Positions 24,971 through 36,865 of a stretch of 64,000 bases of DNA are shown in pieces. Made by a program: the position numbers and the translations under genes. Positions within the stretch are counted from its first letter, which is position 1, and each line of letters begins with the position of its first letter. The stretch is from NCBI GenBank assembly GCA_973895155.1, contig OZ316896.1, positions 4,068,738 through 4,132,737 on the forward strand, given 5' to 3'. Below the pieces are notes generated by a model. The model saw nothing but the letters and a program-made list of their open reading frames with translations, did no database searches and was not told the DNA's origin. This DNA comes from Marsupella aquatica. Its lineage: Eukaryota > Plantae > Marchantiophyta.

Positions 24971-27900
24971 ACTCGACAAGGGAGGCCCTAGCTTTGAATT
25001 ATGCTTCATTAGTTAGATTTATTGGCCGTCAACTATTTATAGTCAAGTCAAATTTTGCATGTCTACCTTCATTTTGTAGGAAAAGGAAGGCAAGATCCCC
25101 CCCCACACCCCCCCCCCCCCACATAGGGCTTGGGACCCTTGGTGACTCCCTAGGAGCCAACTTGCATATGGACAGCCCCTAGTTTTCCAACTCTCAACAT
25201 GGAAGGAAAATATTGACTGAGAATTTTGTGGAGAAACCCCTTCGTAATGCAGTGCTTATGGCATACAAAGTGGATCTAAATCAAGGGGAAGGGCTGGAAA
25301 CTCTTTGGCCATTTAAGGTGGGGTACTCTAAATGAGAAAAATCACACAAACATGCTTAGGCAGGGTTCACACAAAACAACGGAGCAGATGCCACGAAGAT
25401 GCTTGCAGGGTTCACAAGTTGCATGGGAGCAGATCTTGTGGAACATGAAAATCTGCTTTTCCCCAAGAGTTTACTCAGGGCTGATATCTTCAGGGCTGCG
25501 TACATGCAAGTTGGCGCTAAGCGAGATGTGTCATTGACAACAGAAACCAGGTTCACACCCTTCCATGAGACCCTCACTTGTCCCAAGGGCCAAATTGAAA
25601 GAGAAGATGATTTAGCAGAGCATGAAACAAAGCAAAATAGTATGGATAACATACGCCCAATGTTGGTGCCTAGCACTATTAGAGAGGGTGAGGCAGGGAT
25701 GGCAAGGCCAATTGCACACAAGGAGAGGGTGCGCTGGGAGATGCTTGTGGGCGATCGAACGGCGAGAAAAACACTATATTTGAGCCAACCGCCAGGATTT
25801 TTTCCCACCTTTAATGCAATTTTGTGAACAGATGATGGAAGAGAATATTAAATGGGCAGGAGTGCATACTATATAGTGTGTAGATGAGAACGAGAAGGAA
25901 TCCCAAGAATAAAAGGGTTAACTGCAACAACTCTGGAAATATGGAAAGCATCCATCAAACAAAGAGCTCTCCTGTAGACCCTAGAAAGTAGAACGAGTCC
26001 GAGGAATCCCAATAATGTACTCTGAAAATTATCGAGACTCGTGTCCCCATAGGCGCATCACAATTTCATGCACACAAAGTGAGATACTATGCGATTTGTT
26101 TCTACCTGTGGAGCGAACTCATGAACGCAACCGATGAATTATTATTTATGGTTGGGCTTGGACACCTTCAGTTAAATGTGCGGCCCCAGTTGACCCACAG
26201 TCCGAAACTCTGAACCATTATTGTCAGTAGGGAAGCAGATTCAAGGAGCCCATTGTCAGACCTCGAGCTCCAAGCCAATCATGTATTTATTCTATGATAG
26301 AGCTCCAAATCGATTCGGCTGCAGCTGAACCCTATAAAGTAGAAATGCATGCAATCCAAGCATCTCTCGTTGCCTGTTGCTGATACAGTCCGCTCACTTC
26401 AGTAGGTTTCCTTCTAAAGGCACTTTCCATTCGTCCTGGTGTATACTAGTCCCATTCTGCTGCAAAGGTTCTTTTTGCATTGAAAAAATTCGCGTAAAGA
26501 AACGGTACACAGCAGGGCAGGTCATAAGCGAAGACAAGGCTCTAGTTGTTGTGTTTATCATTAGTCTATCGTAGCAGTTTGCCTTTTGCAGGGCTGCAGG
26601 TATTCCCTAGCCTCCTCGAATTTCGCAATTTCGCTGCTAACTTCATGGCGAAGATTCCAGGGAGAAGTGTCGATATCATTCCCTACACAGTACGCTTTTC
26701 TGCTAATGTTGCTGGTCTGGTGTAGGACTCGAATAGGTGATATTCGCTTTGTGGGTCAGTGGTTTGACATCAAGCTTATTAGGGTATGCTATCAGGCCTC
26801 GAAGGGAATTGGTTTTTGTGAATCTCGATGGCTCTAATTTCAATTTGTGCATGTAAACTTTCTAATCAACAGTTGGTCTATGGGCCGATGAAAAGGAAGT
26901 GCGCTATTCATCTCCGGTGCCCTATTATCTTTTGTGGATTTGCGTGTGCTTTCTATAACCAAGTTTGGATGTAGTAAGTGTGCTCGTTGGTATGGATTAG
27001 TATGTTTATCTGGGAAAGGGTCCTATGGATTTGTGATTGTCAGTGGATTGCAGTGGACCGCACTTTCACCCGGCTTCGCTCTGGTTAGCGTTTTGACGTT
27101 GATACTTAGAGGAAGGGCTATCCAAAGGCAAAAGAAGATACTGATCGGCAAAACAGATTGCTTGGTGGGTGTTGTATCTGTGCTGAAGAATGTACACAGC
27201 TTTTGGTTTAGTGCAAAGACAGCCGGTTTTTGGTTGCCACGTCAGATGAATCTGTCGACTATTGTTGAACTGGAAAGCTCCTTGCAGCATTGATGTAAAA
27301 GGTCCTTTCACGAGGATCAGAAGCAAGTTGACAGAGAGGATGCATTCAATTATTCATGGCTCCAGCAACAGATAGTAACCAAGTTTTGTGAGAGAACGCT
27401 CCGTTCAGATACTCACTCCACTAACAAGTGAATGCAGCTTTGGATGAGTTCGTTACTGGTCCCCACGAGGCATGGTCAGTGGGGGTACATAACTCCGTAC
27501 GAGACCAGGTTTATAGGAATTGATGCCCAGATATATCCTACTTTTTGCTGGTATATCTTTAGAGAGAATGCACGTTGCAGTAGTAACCAATCTTCTTCTT
27601 TCCCAAACATTGGATTAAATTGCCCAAACTAACAAGCGGGGACGGACCTAAGAAACCAGCGATTCAATATTCTATACCGAGTACGCAATGCGTGCATAGC
27701 TGGTTTAGGTCTTACCATGAGCTGAAGTATGGGCTCCTGTAGTAGAACTTGTTGCTCTACTACTGTACTTTGTGGCCAGGCAACTCTGCAGGATTTGTGG
27801 GGGGTTTCTAGGTACTGCACTGGTTGAAAAGAGCCATCCAGGAATGTCTGTGCAAGGATCGTCTTTCTGAGAATCCGAACCAACAGTGACTAAAATCGTA

Positions 27901-28170
27901 CCGGTATGGTACCGACAGCTGCCTTGTACCCATTAAGGTTTAGGCAGCAAGATTGTGTTCTGATTAATTATGGCATCGCAGGAAAGCCAGGGATCTGCAG
28001 GTGAAGCAGGAAACAAAGATTGTGAGCAGCCATGGTGCCTTGTCTTTTTTGGATGCTTGAGCGCTGTACTGATGCTAAAAGGAAAGCGAGATATCCTAAT
28101 ACGAAATCTCCTTGGAAATCTGCCGGAATATCTTTATGAGATGACGATCTGCTTCTGAGTTTCCAGAATA

Positions 28171-28300
28171 CTAAACCCTAAACTCCTTGACTTGTTGGGC
28201 CTCTTCGGGTCTTTCCCTTCCCCCCTTTATTGGGTTCTTTGTACTTTGGGACCATGTCTCCAGGTTTGGCGTTCCTGTCGTTTTGGCAGTGTGATATATA
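28171..28300 (+). repeat. Dispersed pyrimidine-rich repeat (other copies at 51310-51406 and 58163-58402)
   Basis: Shared block TTTCCC.TC...TTGGGTT...CTTTGG..CATGTCTCC.GGTT.GGC.TT...GGCA.TGTGATAT in all three copies. Confidence 0.75.
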
Positions 28301-28478
28301 GTGGAAGAATGGAAGTGGCTGATGCCGGACTCAAATAATCAAGTTTGTACTATCGATCATTACCTGTGACAAGACTAACTACAGTAGCTCTCGATCAGTT
28401 ACTAATCTTATCCGCTGCCAACTGAGGATGTTGCTCACGGTTGCAGACTGACATTTTGACCCTCATTGGAGAAACTGA

Positions 28479-28566
28479 CAGTCACTCATTGCATTGATAT
28501 CCAGATTTAGAAGTCATAAACAAGTGATGTCAATTCGAATCTGGATGTCAATGCAATGAGTGACTG
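28479..28566 (+). ncRNA. Candidate pre-miRNA-like hairpin
   Basis: 29-bp inverted arms (28479-28507, 28538-28566) with one difference that is a U-G wobble on the plus strand; 30-nt loop. Confidence 0.4.
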
Positions 28567-29254
28567 CGGAAGCCTCATTCTGATTTCTGAGAATAGAAGA
28601 GAAAACCGCAATGCATACGGACACGTGGCGCATGACCTCCGTTGCCTAATCACAGGGACGGAAGAATGTCAGAAGACAAATAAAGCTGAATTACGACAGC
28701 AAAGGGCCAAGGCATAGGCCGACGTTTTAAACAAGAAATGAAAAGGTTGGTTTGGTAACGCTCACCTAGATTACTGTAGAGCCCAACCAGGAAATCAATC
28801 TGCGTAGAAATTTGGAGTGAAGTTGATAAGAAACACAAGTAAAAATGTGAGGAAGGAACCCAGTCAAACTGTGTCCATATGTTTGACCTTCAAGGTACTA
28901 GAGCAGTGGACCAACGGATATCTGTGAACATTTCGCAAATTGCCACTCTCTCCTTCGAGGGCGAGGAATCTATGCTGGACTGACTTTTCTCTTCAATTCT
29001 TTGGCTAAACTTTTTTAGCTAAACTTGTCACCGTTCGTCTGAAGCGTCATGGATCAAACAGTCGGGCCCGTCTTCATCCTGAAATATTGAGAAAGTACTA
29101 ATTAAAGTGACAAAATCAATTCCTTTCATCCATTTCGAGTACAAACGCACCGACCGCCGAGCTTGTGTATCCCAAAGTTACCTCGAGTCAAGTGAAGCTA
29201 GTCACAGGTTGAGCTCGAGCACAGTATTATGACCTGGAATGATTCCGGCTGTGC

Positions 29255-29373
29255 AATGGTTTAGTACCAATGGCAAAAGCAAGAAGAATTCGCATCGTAG
29301 CCTCTGCATTTCCATATTGCAATGATACTGCGATGCGACTTCTTCTTGCTTTTGCATGTGCTACTAAACCATT
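29255..29373. ncRNA. Candidate miRNA/hpRNA fold-back with downstream partial duplications (to ~29530)
   Basis: ~46-nt imperfect arms at 29255-29300 and 29328-29373; the 3' arm is recopied at ~29392-29412 and ~29477-29522. Confidence 0.35.
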
Positions 29374-31982
29374 CTAGAAATACACAGAATTGCATGTGGT
29401 ACTAAACCATTCTCGAAAGACACAGAAGAATTAGTATCGCATCCTCTGCTTTTCCATGTTGTAGTGAGAGAGACGGCTGCGATGCAGTTGCTTCTTGCTT
29501 TTGCATGTGGTACTAAACCATTCTCGAAAGCAACACCCACAGTATCCCGTCTGAACCCTTCTCTTCATCCGGCTTGTAGACGAGGCTTACAAGACTGCAT
29601 ACCTTAGCACGATTCACCTGCCTCGCAACAGGACATCAAGGAAGAATCACGCCTCGACTAGAGCTATCATAATGTAATATACTGTAGTTTCGAAACCGCA
29701 TCTCGATCCCGGTTCTTCTGTTGATCTGGCCCCTGCACGAGATTCAGGGGGCCGACGAAACGGAAGCTTCACGAAAAGGCGTCTTACCCTTAACTAGCAG
29801 CGACTTATATCGCCTGTACACGAAATCAATTTTCACGAATTTTGCTCGAGTATTCTTTGATAACTAAGACGTCGATGGCAAAGACGTACTGCACTGTTTG
29901 GATCAAGTGACAAGCACTTTGACTCCTTGTCAATGCGTGCAACGGAATGATCGTCTCTACCGGTACTACAAACAGGACTCCTGAGTATGGGATAGCGATG
30001 GACATATTTAAGGAAAGTCGATAGACAACCTGGAGACCTTTTCCAGTCGAAGAACGTGGACCCAGCCACACTTGGGCTGGGGAATCTTATTAGACTAGAA
30101 GCAACGCGTGACCTGTGTGGAGGCCGTTACCTCGAATGTGTCAGTCTGACCAACAGATAGAAGCGTTATACCAATAAATGCAAAGGAGAACAGTCGGATT
30201 GCTGAATGATATCAAATCAAGGTGAACTAAGGCATATGCTGATTCCAAAACACAAAGGTGAAATGTTCTAGGATGAGCTGACAGAAATGTTCATGACTGT
30301 TTTCTTTAGTTCCAATCTTCTTCTGTTAACAAGTACGAATGAGAATTCTTCTTGAAATTCTGAGATAGTAGTAGAGCAGAGAATATCAAGGTCGGAGCAC
30401 CGTTGAATCAACCTCGTATGAGATTCTTCTCGATTCTTGGAGGGTGTCACTAAGGCACGCCCTGATCTCTAATCTACGCAGTTCAAGACTGTTTTCTTTA
30501 CTTCCAATTTCCTCCACTTAACACGTACGAATGAGATTCTTCTTTGAAATTCTGAGAAAGTCGTAGAGCATAGAATATCAGCACTTGCCGCTTCCAACGG
30601 CGGGAGATTTGGGAGAAACATTGAACCAACTTACATCGTAAAGTATCGACAGCATGATTGTGTAGTTTTCTCTCGAGGAAAGGTCTCTTTTCTCTACCTT
30701 TTGTTGGAACGTTCGTCTGAAGCAGCGGCGGACGTGACGCCCATACCTGTGCACAATAATGCTCTGGATATTTTTCTGTCCATAGAGAATGGAGTGCTTG
30801 AGCTCTAGTTTAGTTCGACGATCTCACATACTGACTCAGTAATTAATTTACTCTTGTATATTGGACTAGGGGACACTATCACAAAATTGGCCCATCACTT
30901 GCAACCTCGAAACTCGTCTTATTATTCTAAGGGAAAGTCTTATTGTCGAAAGTACAATTTAGAATTATTTTGAGAAAAACCCCAACTTAGTTTAGATCCA
31001 ATTTTGAGTCTTGTAAAGACGATTAATGTCCTTTTGACCCAAACTTTGGAATATGGTAGAAGTTATATAAAAACATTACTTGCATTTGAGTGTGTCTAAG
31101 GCTTTAAAAATGTAACAAGTGATGGGAGGGCATCTGTACAGTGAGACCCTCGAGATATTGGAAGGAGTTTTAAGGGGCGGCACAAGAAATTGGAGCTCAG
31201 GCTGATGTCTGTTTTTTCTATGTCTAAGATGCAATCTTAGCCATTCAAACAGGGAACAAGCAAAATTTCACTTTAGACTAACTTGGGGTGCAATCTGGCA
31301 AAACTATTACCCATCTTAGTCACATGCTAATGAGTCCCTTTTTTTTATTGATGTGGCCATCGAAGCGTTTTTATCTAAAAGATGATCTGTTGGTCCATTG
31401 GGGGTCCATTTCTATTTAGGATCTTGCATTAATTTCCAATTAAAATTCTCCAGATTCGATACAATTTGGCTAGGGCAGTTGAATTTTAGTGCATCCAATA
31501 GACCTCATGTTTACAATGGGTGAACAATGACTATTTGTGCCCCAGAGATCTTGTAAAGTCCCCCTAAGGCTTGAACAACTTTGGTTATTCACTCTTTGTA
31601 ATTGCGAGAGAAAGTACACTACAGATCATAAAAGCATGTGCTATGAGCCTTTCATAACATACAGTGCAGGCTGGCAGATGCATTATGAGGGCTCCTGGTT
31701 AGACTGAAAGGTGAAAGTGTTCAGTTTTAGCTATGCAAGTGAGGTTCATACCAGGGTTCATAATCTAAGGTTAAAACTTGTACTACACTATATCTTGTCA
31801 CATTTTGATGTGCAATTAAAGGACATCATCTAAACACTGCTCGTCAAGTGTCTACACAGCAATTCGACAGTTAACTCTCTCTACATGCACTCTCTTGAGA
31901 TTATGGATCCAGCATGCACTAAACCAGGTGTTGCATTCCTTGATAAGTGCATACCCCTAAAAAGTGCACATATTGATAAGTG

Positions 31983-32970
31983 TGTTAGATATTGCTCTAG
32001 TCTTGTGACTCATGAACTAACTACAGTTAGGCTAACTCGAGTTAGGACTTAGCTAATGTTAGCGGTAGTGCTGTTGTGCATATAGTCAGGGCTGATGCCA
32101 GACCCTGGTGGAACTTAGGCTCATTGTTACGGAGCTAGTTGAGAGATAGGGAGAGCTTGTCCTGTGGATGCTTGGTATGACTGGTCGGCCTAGAGTGCAG
32201 TAAAGCTCTTGTGTGTTCCCGTGGACGTAGCCTCATGTGGAGGTGAACCACGTATCTCTCTGTGTCGACTATTGTGCGTTGGATGGTTCATGGGCTTGCC
32301 GTTGCGAGTGTCGTCTATGCTCAACAAGTGGTATCAGAGCATGCCTGGGAGGTGACGAGGTTTTTTCGTGACAGGTTTTTCCAGTGTTCATTGTCGATGG
32401 TACATTCGGAGTTTCGTCGCTTGAAACTCGAATGTGTGTGGCTGAGCGGATAGGTTAGTGAGAGGGTTTTCTAACGGTGGTTAGAACTCGCTGATTGGTA
32501 TCCGTGGTGCGGAGGAATTGAAGTTTGCGTCGTTCAGGGTTTATTCGTGTTCAACGGTATTTCGGGGGAGAGACCAGAGTTTGCGTTTTTCAACGGTGTG
32601 AGCTGTGCGGTGCGGGAGGGGTCGCACATTATAGCTCAAGTTGAAGGTTGAAGCGAGCTGGTCATTTCGGTAGCTGGATAGTTGCCGAGTTGTTACCAAG
32701 TGAGACGTGACGAGTGATGGAGGCGTTCAGGTTTTTTCACAAGCTATGGAGCTTGTTCACATCTGAACCGGGTTTCTCTTCGTGACGTCCGACTCGGTGG
32801 AAGAGACGCGAAGTGCTTCGGCTCAACGGTTTGATCACGGCGAGGCGGTCGTTTTGAGCCCGGGATTGGCACTTGACGCGGAGTGAAGGCGACGCGGCAA
32901 TTTTTTTTACTCTGCTAAAGCTGCAGATTGTGCCGGTGAAATTCGGCCACTTTTTCCATTGGCGGCGTTC
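31983..32970 (+). mobile_element. Copia 5' LTR (31983-32326), tRNA-iMet primer-binding site (PBS) and leader; no gag/pol follows
   Basis: TGTTAG...TCAACA followed by AG and TGGTATCAGAGC (PBS, 32329-32340). The right boundary of the leader is approximate. Confidence 0.9.
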
Positions 32971-33468
32971 ACTTTTCTTGTTGGAAACAGCGGCTTTTCA
33001 AGTGAGTTTTACATTCTTTTTTTCCAGGGGAGCTTTTTTGCTTTAAGGGGGGTTTTATTGGGCCCTTGTGTGTGTTAATACACACACGATCGTGTGTATA
33101 CCCACACACCACTTCCCGGCCCAGTGTATTCACTTCGCGCCCCCCCGCACCCCGATTTTCAGGCAGGGTCCGTAGCGCCGGCCGGCGCGCGCCCCGGCCA
33201 TCCCCTCCCCTCCCTGCCCTGCCGTCGTCGGTGCCCCGCCCTCCACCCTGCCCTTGCACCCTGCCTTCGGGCACTTGCCGTCCCGTCGGCCGGCCCTGCG
33301 CCCCCGTAATCCCTCTCGCCCTCCCGCCGGCGCCCCTCCTCGGCGCACGGCGTATCTCCGCCCCTATACGGGGTATATATTATGCCCTTTGCGCCCCCCC
33401 TTTAGCCCCTGCCATACTCCCAACCCCTGCCTCGGCGCCCTGTATTCCTCCTGGCCCGCCTCGCGTAA

Positions 33469-33799
33469 CGGCATTCGTAACGGCAAGCCCATGAACCATC
33501 CAACACACAATAGTCGACACAGAGAGATACGTGGTTCACCTCCACATGAGGCTACGTCCACGGGAACACACAAGAGCTTTACTGCACTCTAGGCCGACCG
33601 GCCATACCAAGCATCCACAGCACAAGCTCTCCCTATCTCTCAACTAGCTCCGTAACAATGAGCCTAAGTTCCACCAGGGTGTGGCATCAGCCTTGGCTAT
33701 ATGCACAACAGCACTACCGCTAACATTAGCTAAGTCCTAACCCGAGTTAGACTAACTGTGGTGAGCTCATGAGTCACAAGACTAGAGCAATATCTAACA
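33469..33799 (-). mobile_element. Inverted LTR copy, lacking the last ~13 bp
   Basis: The reverse complement aligns without gaps to 31983-32313 with about 15 mismatches by hand count (~95%). Confidence 0.92.
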
Positions 33800-33802
33800 T
33801 TT

Positions 33803-33965
33803 TTAAGTAGCCAAATTCCACTTCCCCAAACAACTTTTGCCACTTTTGGCAAAAACTCTCTAGCTTTTCTTTCTCATTAGCCACTGTCCTACCTAATCAC
33901 AGGCCCCATTCCTGCCCCCATTAGCCATAATCTAATGGCCATCCTTAAATATAGGGAGATCTGAT
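33803..33965. repeat. Dispersed repeat; inverted copy at ~52092-52240
   Basis: The reverse complement matches CAGATCTCCCTA.ATTTAAGG.TG.CC.TTAGATTATG and GCCAAAAGTGGC.AAA...TTTGGGGA.GTGGAAT at 52.1-52.2 kb. Confidence 0.65.
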
Positions 33966-34825
33966 TTGAGTGGCCAAATATGGTACTGGTTGTCTCCCCT
34001 TGGCTTTCAACCTCAGTTTAGGTGGGGTTTGGTTCTTTTTTGGATTGCCCTCTTGTGAGGCCTTCGGCTAGTGACTTGGGACTTCTTGGCTTGCATAGTT
34101 TTCCTTTTAAATGTTGGGACAGCAGATCGGTTCCTCTCTGGCTCTTAAGAGTCTTTTGATAGATTTCTTCTGCCATCTTTGCTTTTTCCGCTGCTTCGGA
34201 GGTTTTTTGCTTGCTCTTAGGTTCTGTCCTCTATGGCTCTCCCTTTGGCCTTGGGCCCTTCTACTGCCTGTTTGGGCTCCCCTTTCTGTAGGGTTTCGCG
34301 GGTTGCAGTTCAAAAATTAAAAATATAAAAAATATAAAAATATATAGGGAGATCTGATGGTCAAGAAAATATTCATGAGATAAAGAATGTTTTGAGCATC
34401 TTCTCCTTCACAAAGTCAACATTTGTCACTCTGGCAAAAGTAAAAAGCTTTAAAAAAAAGGCTGAGCAGGACCTTTGTTGCACCTGACATGGTCCTTTTT
34501 AGTTTATTATATAACTAAATTATTATGTACTGTTAGTGAAAAGAGTTATGTCTGTAGCTAGAGAAGAACAATCGGCTCTGTCAAAGTGCACACTTTGACA
34601 AATTTAACCAAAGCAGTTATTATAAGACCCATAGGTAGGAGGATTTGCACGGATACAGTCAGGGCAAACTAATTTGCAGAAAAAGCATCTAGGCCAAAAG
34701 AGACCATAAGTGCTGGACATTGTGGAGCTTGAAGCTATCTAGTCACTGGTCTTCACATTCTTTACACCATTCGAAGGCCCTTAAACCACAACTGCCCCTA
34801 TAAAGGGCTACAGGTAACCCTTAGC

Positions 34826-35075
34826 TCTCATTGTAAAGAGCATTGTAAAGAGCACTGGTTTAGAAAAATAATTTGAGCTCCAAAAAAGGTGCTGAGTGCA
34901 AAACCTTTTTACCCATAACTCTCATTGTAAAGAGCACAGGTTCAAAAATGGGCTTTGAGCTCCACAAAAGGTGCTGAGTGCAAAACCTTTTTACCCATAA
35001 CTCTCATTGTAAAGAGCAGAGGTTCAGAAATGGACTTTGAGCTCCACAAAAGGTGTTGAGTGCAAAACCTTTTTT
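34826..35075. repeat. 80-bp tandem repeat, 3 copies
   Basis: CATTGTAAAGAGCA..GGTT...TTTGAGCTCCA.AAAAGGTG.TGAGTGCAAAACCTTTTT is repeated. Confidence 0.9.
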
Positions 35076-35273
35076 TGGCAAGTGCTCCTCAAAAGGTGCT
35101 AGTGCTCCACCTTTTATAGTGAGTAATGAGACATGGAATGAGGCTTTTATAGTGGCAAGTGTGGTTTAATCATGTGACCATTGGGTCAGGATGTAACTAA
35201 GGCTTAGCACGGGTGGCAAGTTCTCCTTGTGTGCCGATGCCAAATGTCCTCTGGGTCCTCCCTCTTCTTCCCA

Positions 35274-35650
35274 AGGGGTAGAGGGCAGAACATTGAATCC
35301 GGTGTGGGGGGCGACATTGTCTCCATGCATTGGGAAACCTTCACACATTCAAGACAGTTTTGGGCAAACCAAGTAAAGTCCTCACTCTCTAAGTGCACAC
35401 TCTGGAACTTCCATAAGTGCAAACATTGGATAACTGCAAAGTGTCTGTTTTGCTGGCATCACTTCACAGTCTCTCCACAGTTTTTGTACAAGGTCTTGCT
35501 TGCAGGGGTAGAGGGCAGAACCTTGAATCTGGTGAGGGGGTGAAGTTGTCCCCCATGTGTTGAAACACCTTCACACTAGATTGTTTTGGGCAAACCAAGT
35601 AAAGTTGTCGCTCTCCAAGTGCACACTCTGGAACTTCCATAAGATAGTGC
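35274..35650. repeat. ~230-bp-period direct duplication, probably a TE remnant
   Basis: AGGGGTAGAGGGCAGAAC...TTTTGGGCAAACCAAGTAAAGT...AAGTGCACACTCTGGAACTTCCATAAG occurs twice. Confidence 0.8.
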
Positions 35651-36865
35651 AAACCTTGTCTAATTGTGAAGTGTTAGTTGTTTGTTTTCCCCATTTCATC
35701 TTGCAGTTATTTTGCCGTTTTTGTACAAGGTCTTTTTTGCAGGGCATTGTGGGTCATGGTGTCCCCCAACAAAAAGAGCTTGAGTTTTGAGGGGCTGTTA
35801 TTGTCCATAATGTTTTAGTGGCATGACCCTAATACACTTAAAGACCTAAGAGACTTTTTATTTTGACTTCTAGTAATGTAGAAAATAATGAGCTAGCCAA
35901 TCCAAATCTGTACGTTCTTCTCCAAGAATTGCTGCAAAGTACAAAGAGAAAAATCACAGAGGGCATTAAGTAAGTGCAAAAGAGGGCTGCACTAAACCAC
36001 AAATCTGTAAGTGCCTGACATATTTCATTGAGTAAGAATTGTGCCGGGTTAATTATGTGTAGAGTAGGAATTGCACTTTTGAAGGTCGGGGACCGGGTTT
36101 AGGGCAAGGGTGTACAAGTTAGGAAGGAAGTCACTAGAATATGGATTGACAGGGTCCATTGCACATTGAGACGCTGTACACTCATATTGATAAATGCAAT
36201 TTCCAAGTTTTTGCACTTATGACATAGTGCAAACCCAAGTGTGCACACCAGATGCTTCTTGTCCATTTACAGATAACTCTATTATAGGCAAAACAAAACC
36301 AAATGTGCAGCAAATTGCTGAACTCGAGGGAATTTGATTACTTCTCGAATGACCTTCAGTTTTTCCTTTTAGGTTTCATGACTGCTCTCTTTGATGGCAG
36401 CTGTCTATTGCACTACAGCCCAGGCATTCACCATTCTTCTTAGGGGTTAGGGGGTTGGTTTTAGGTACTCTACTCAGATTCTTTTGTGGAACTCTCTTAT
36501 GCACTGCACTCAGAGCTCTAGGAGCCAGGGTTTTCAATTCTTCCATAGGTAGGCTTTCTGGCTTTAGTGTCTGGGATTTTGCTGCCTTCCCTTTATGTGT
36601 ATCTTGCTTGTGAGATAACCTCTCCAGGTTGGAGCCTTTTGTTTTTTGTGGGTTTTTTCTGGCAGTGTGGTATAATGTTTGTAGGTGTCCTCAAGGCATA
36701 AACCTTTGTCCAGGGCCTCTTCTCCGAGCATCTCCAGCAGTAGGGTCAAATGAGCATGAAACTTTTTATCAGAGCATAACGGGCTGATTTTGGAGGGATG
36801 GTTTCTCGGCGGCGGTTCTATATGGAAAGCTGACCTCAATTTTCACAACCTTGACCCTCCATATT

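Noticed and set aside
25200-27900. Long semi-open frames suggesting decayed TE or gene sequence
   Set aside because: No motif could be assigned with confidence.
32969-33592. Overlapping Pro/Gly/Arg-rich ORFs
   Set aside because: By-product of very high GC content and the LTR; no recognisable domains.
31983-33799. DIRS-type element (inverted LTRs)
   Set aside because: The LTRs have TG..CA ends and a tRNA PBS and match a copia element in this window; no tyrosine recombinase is present.
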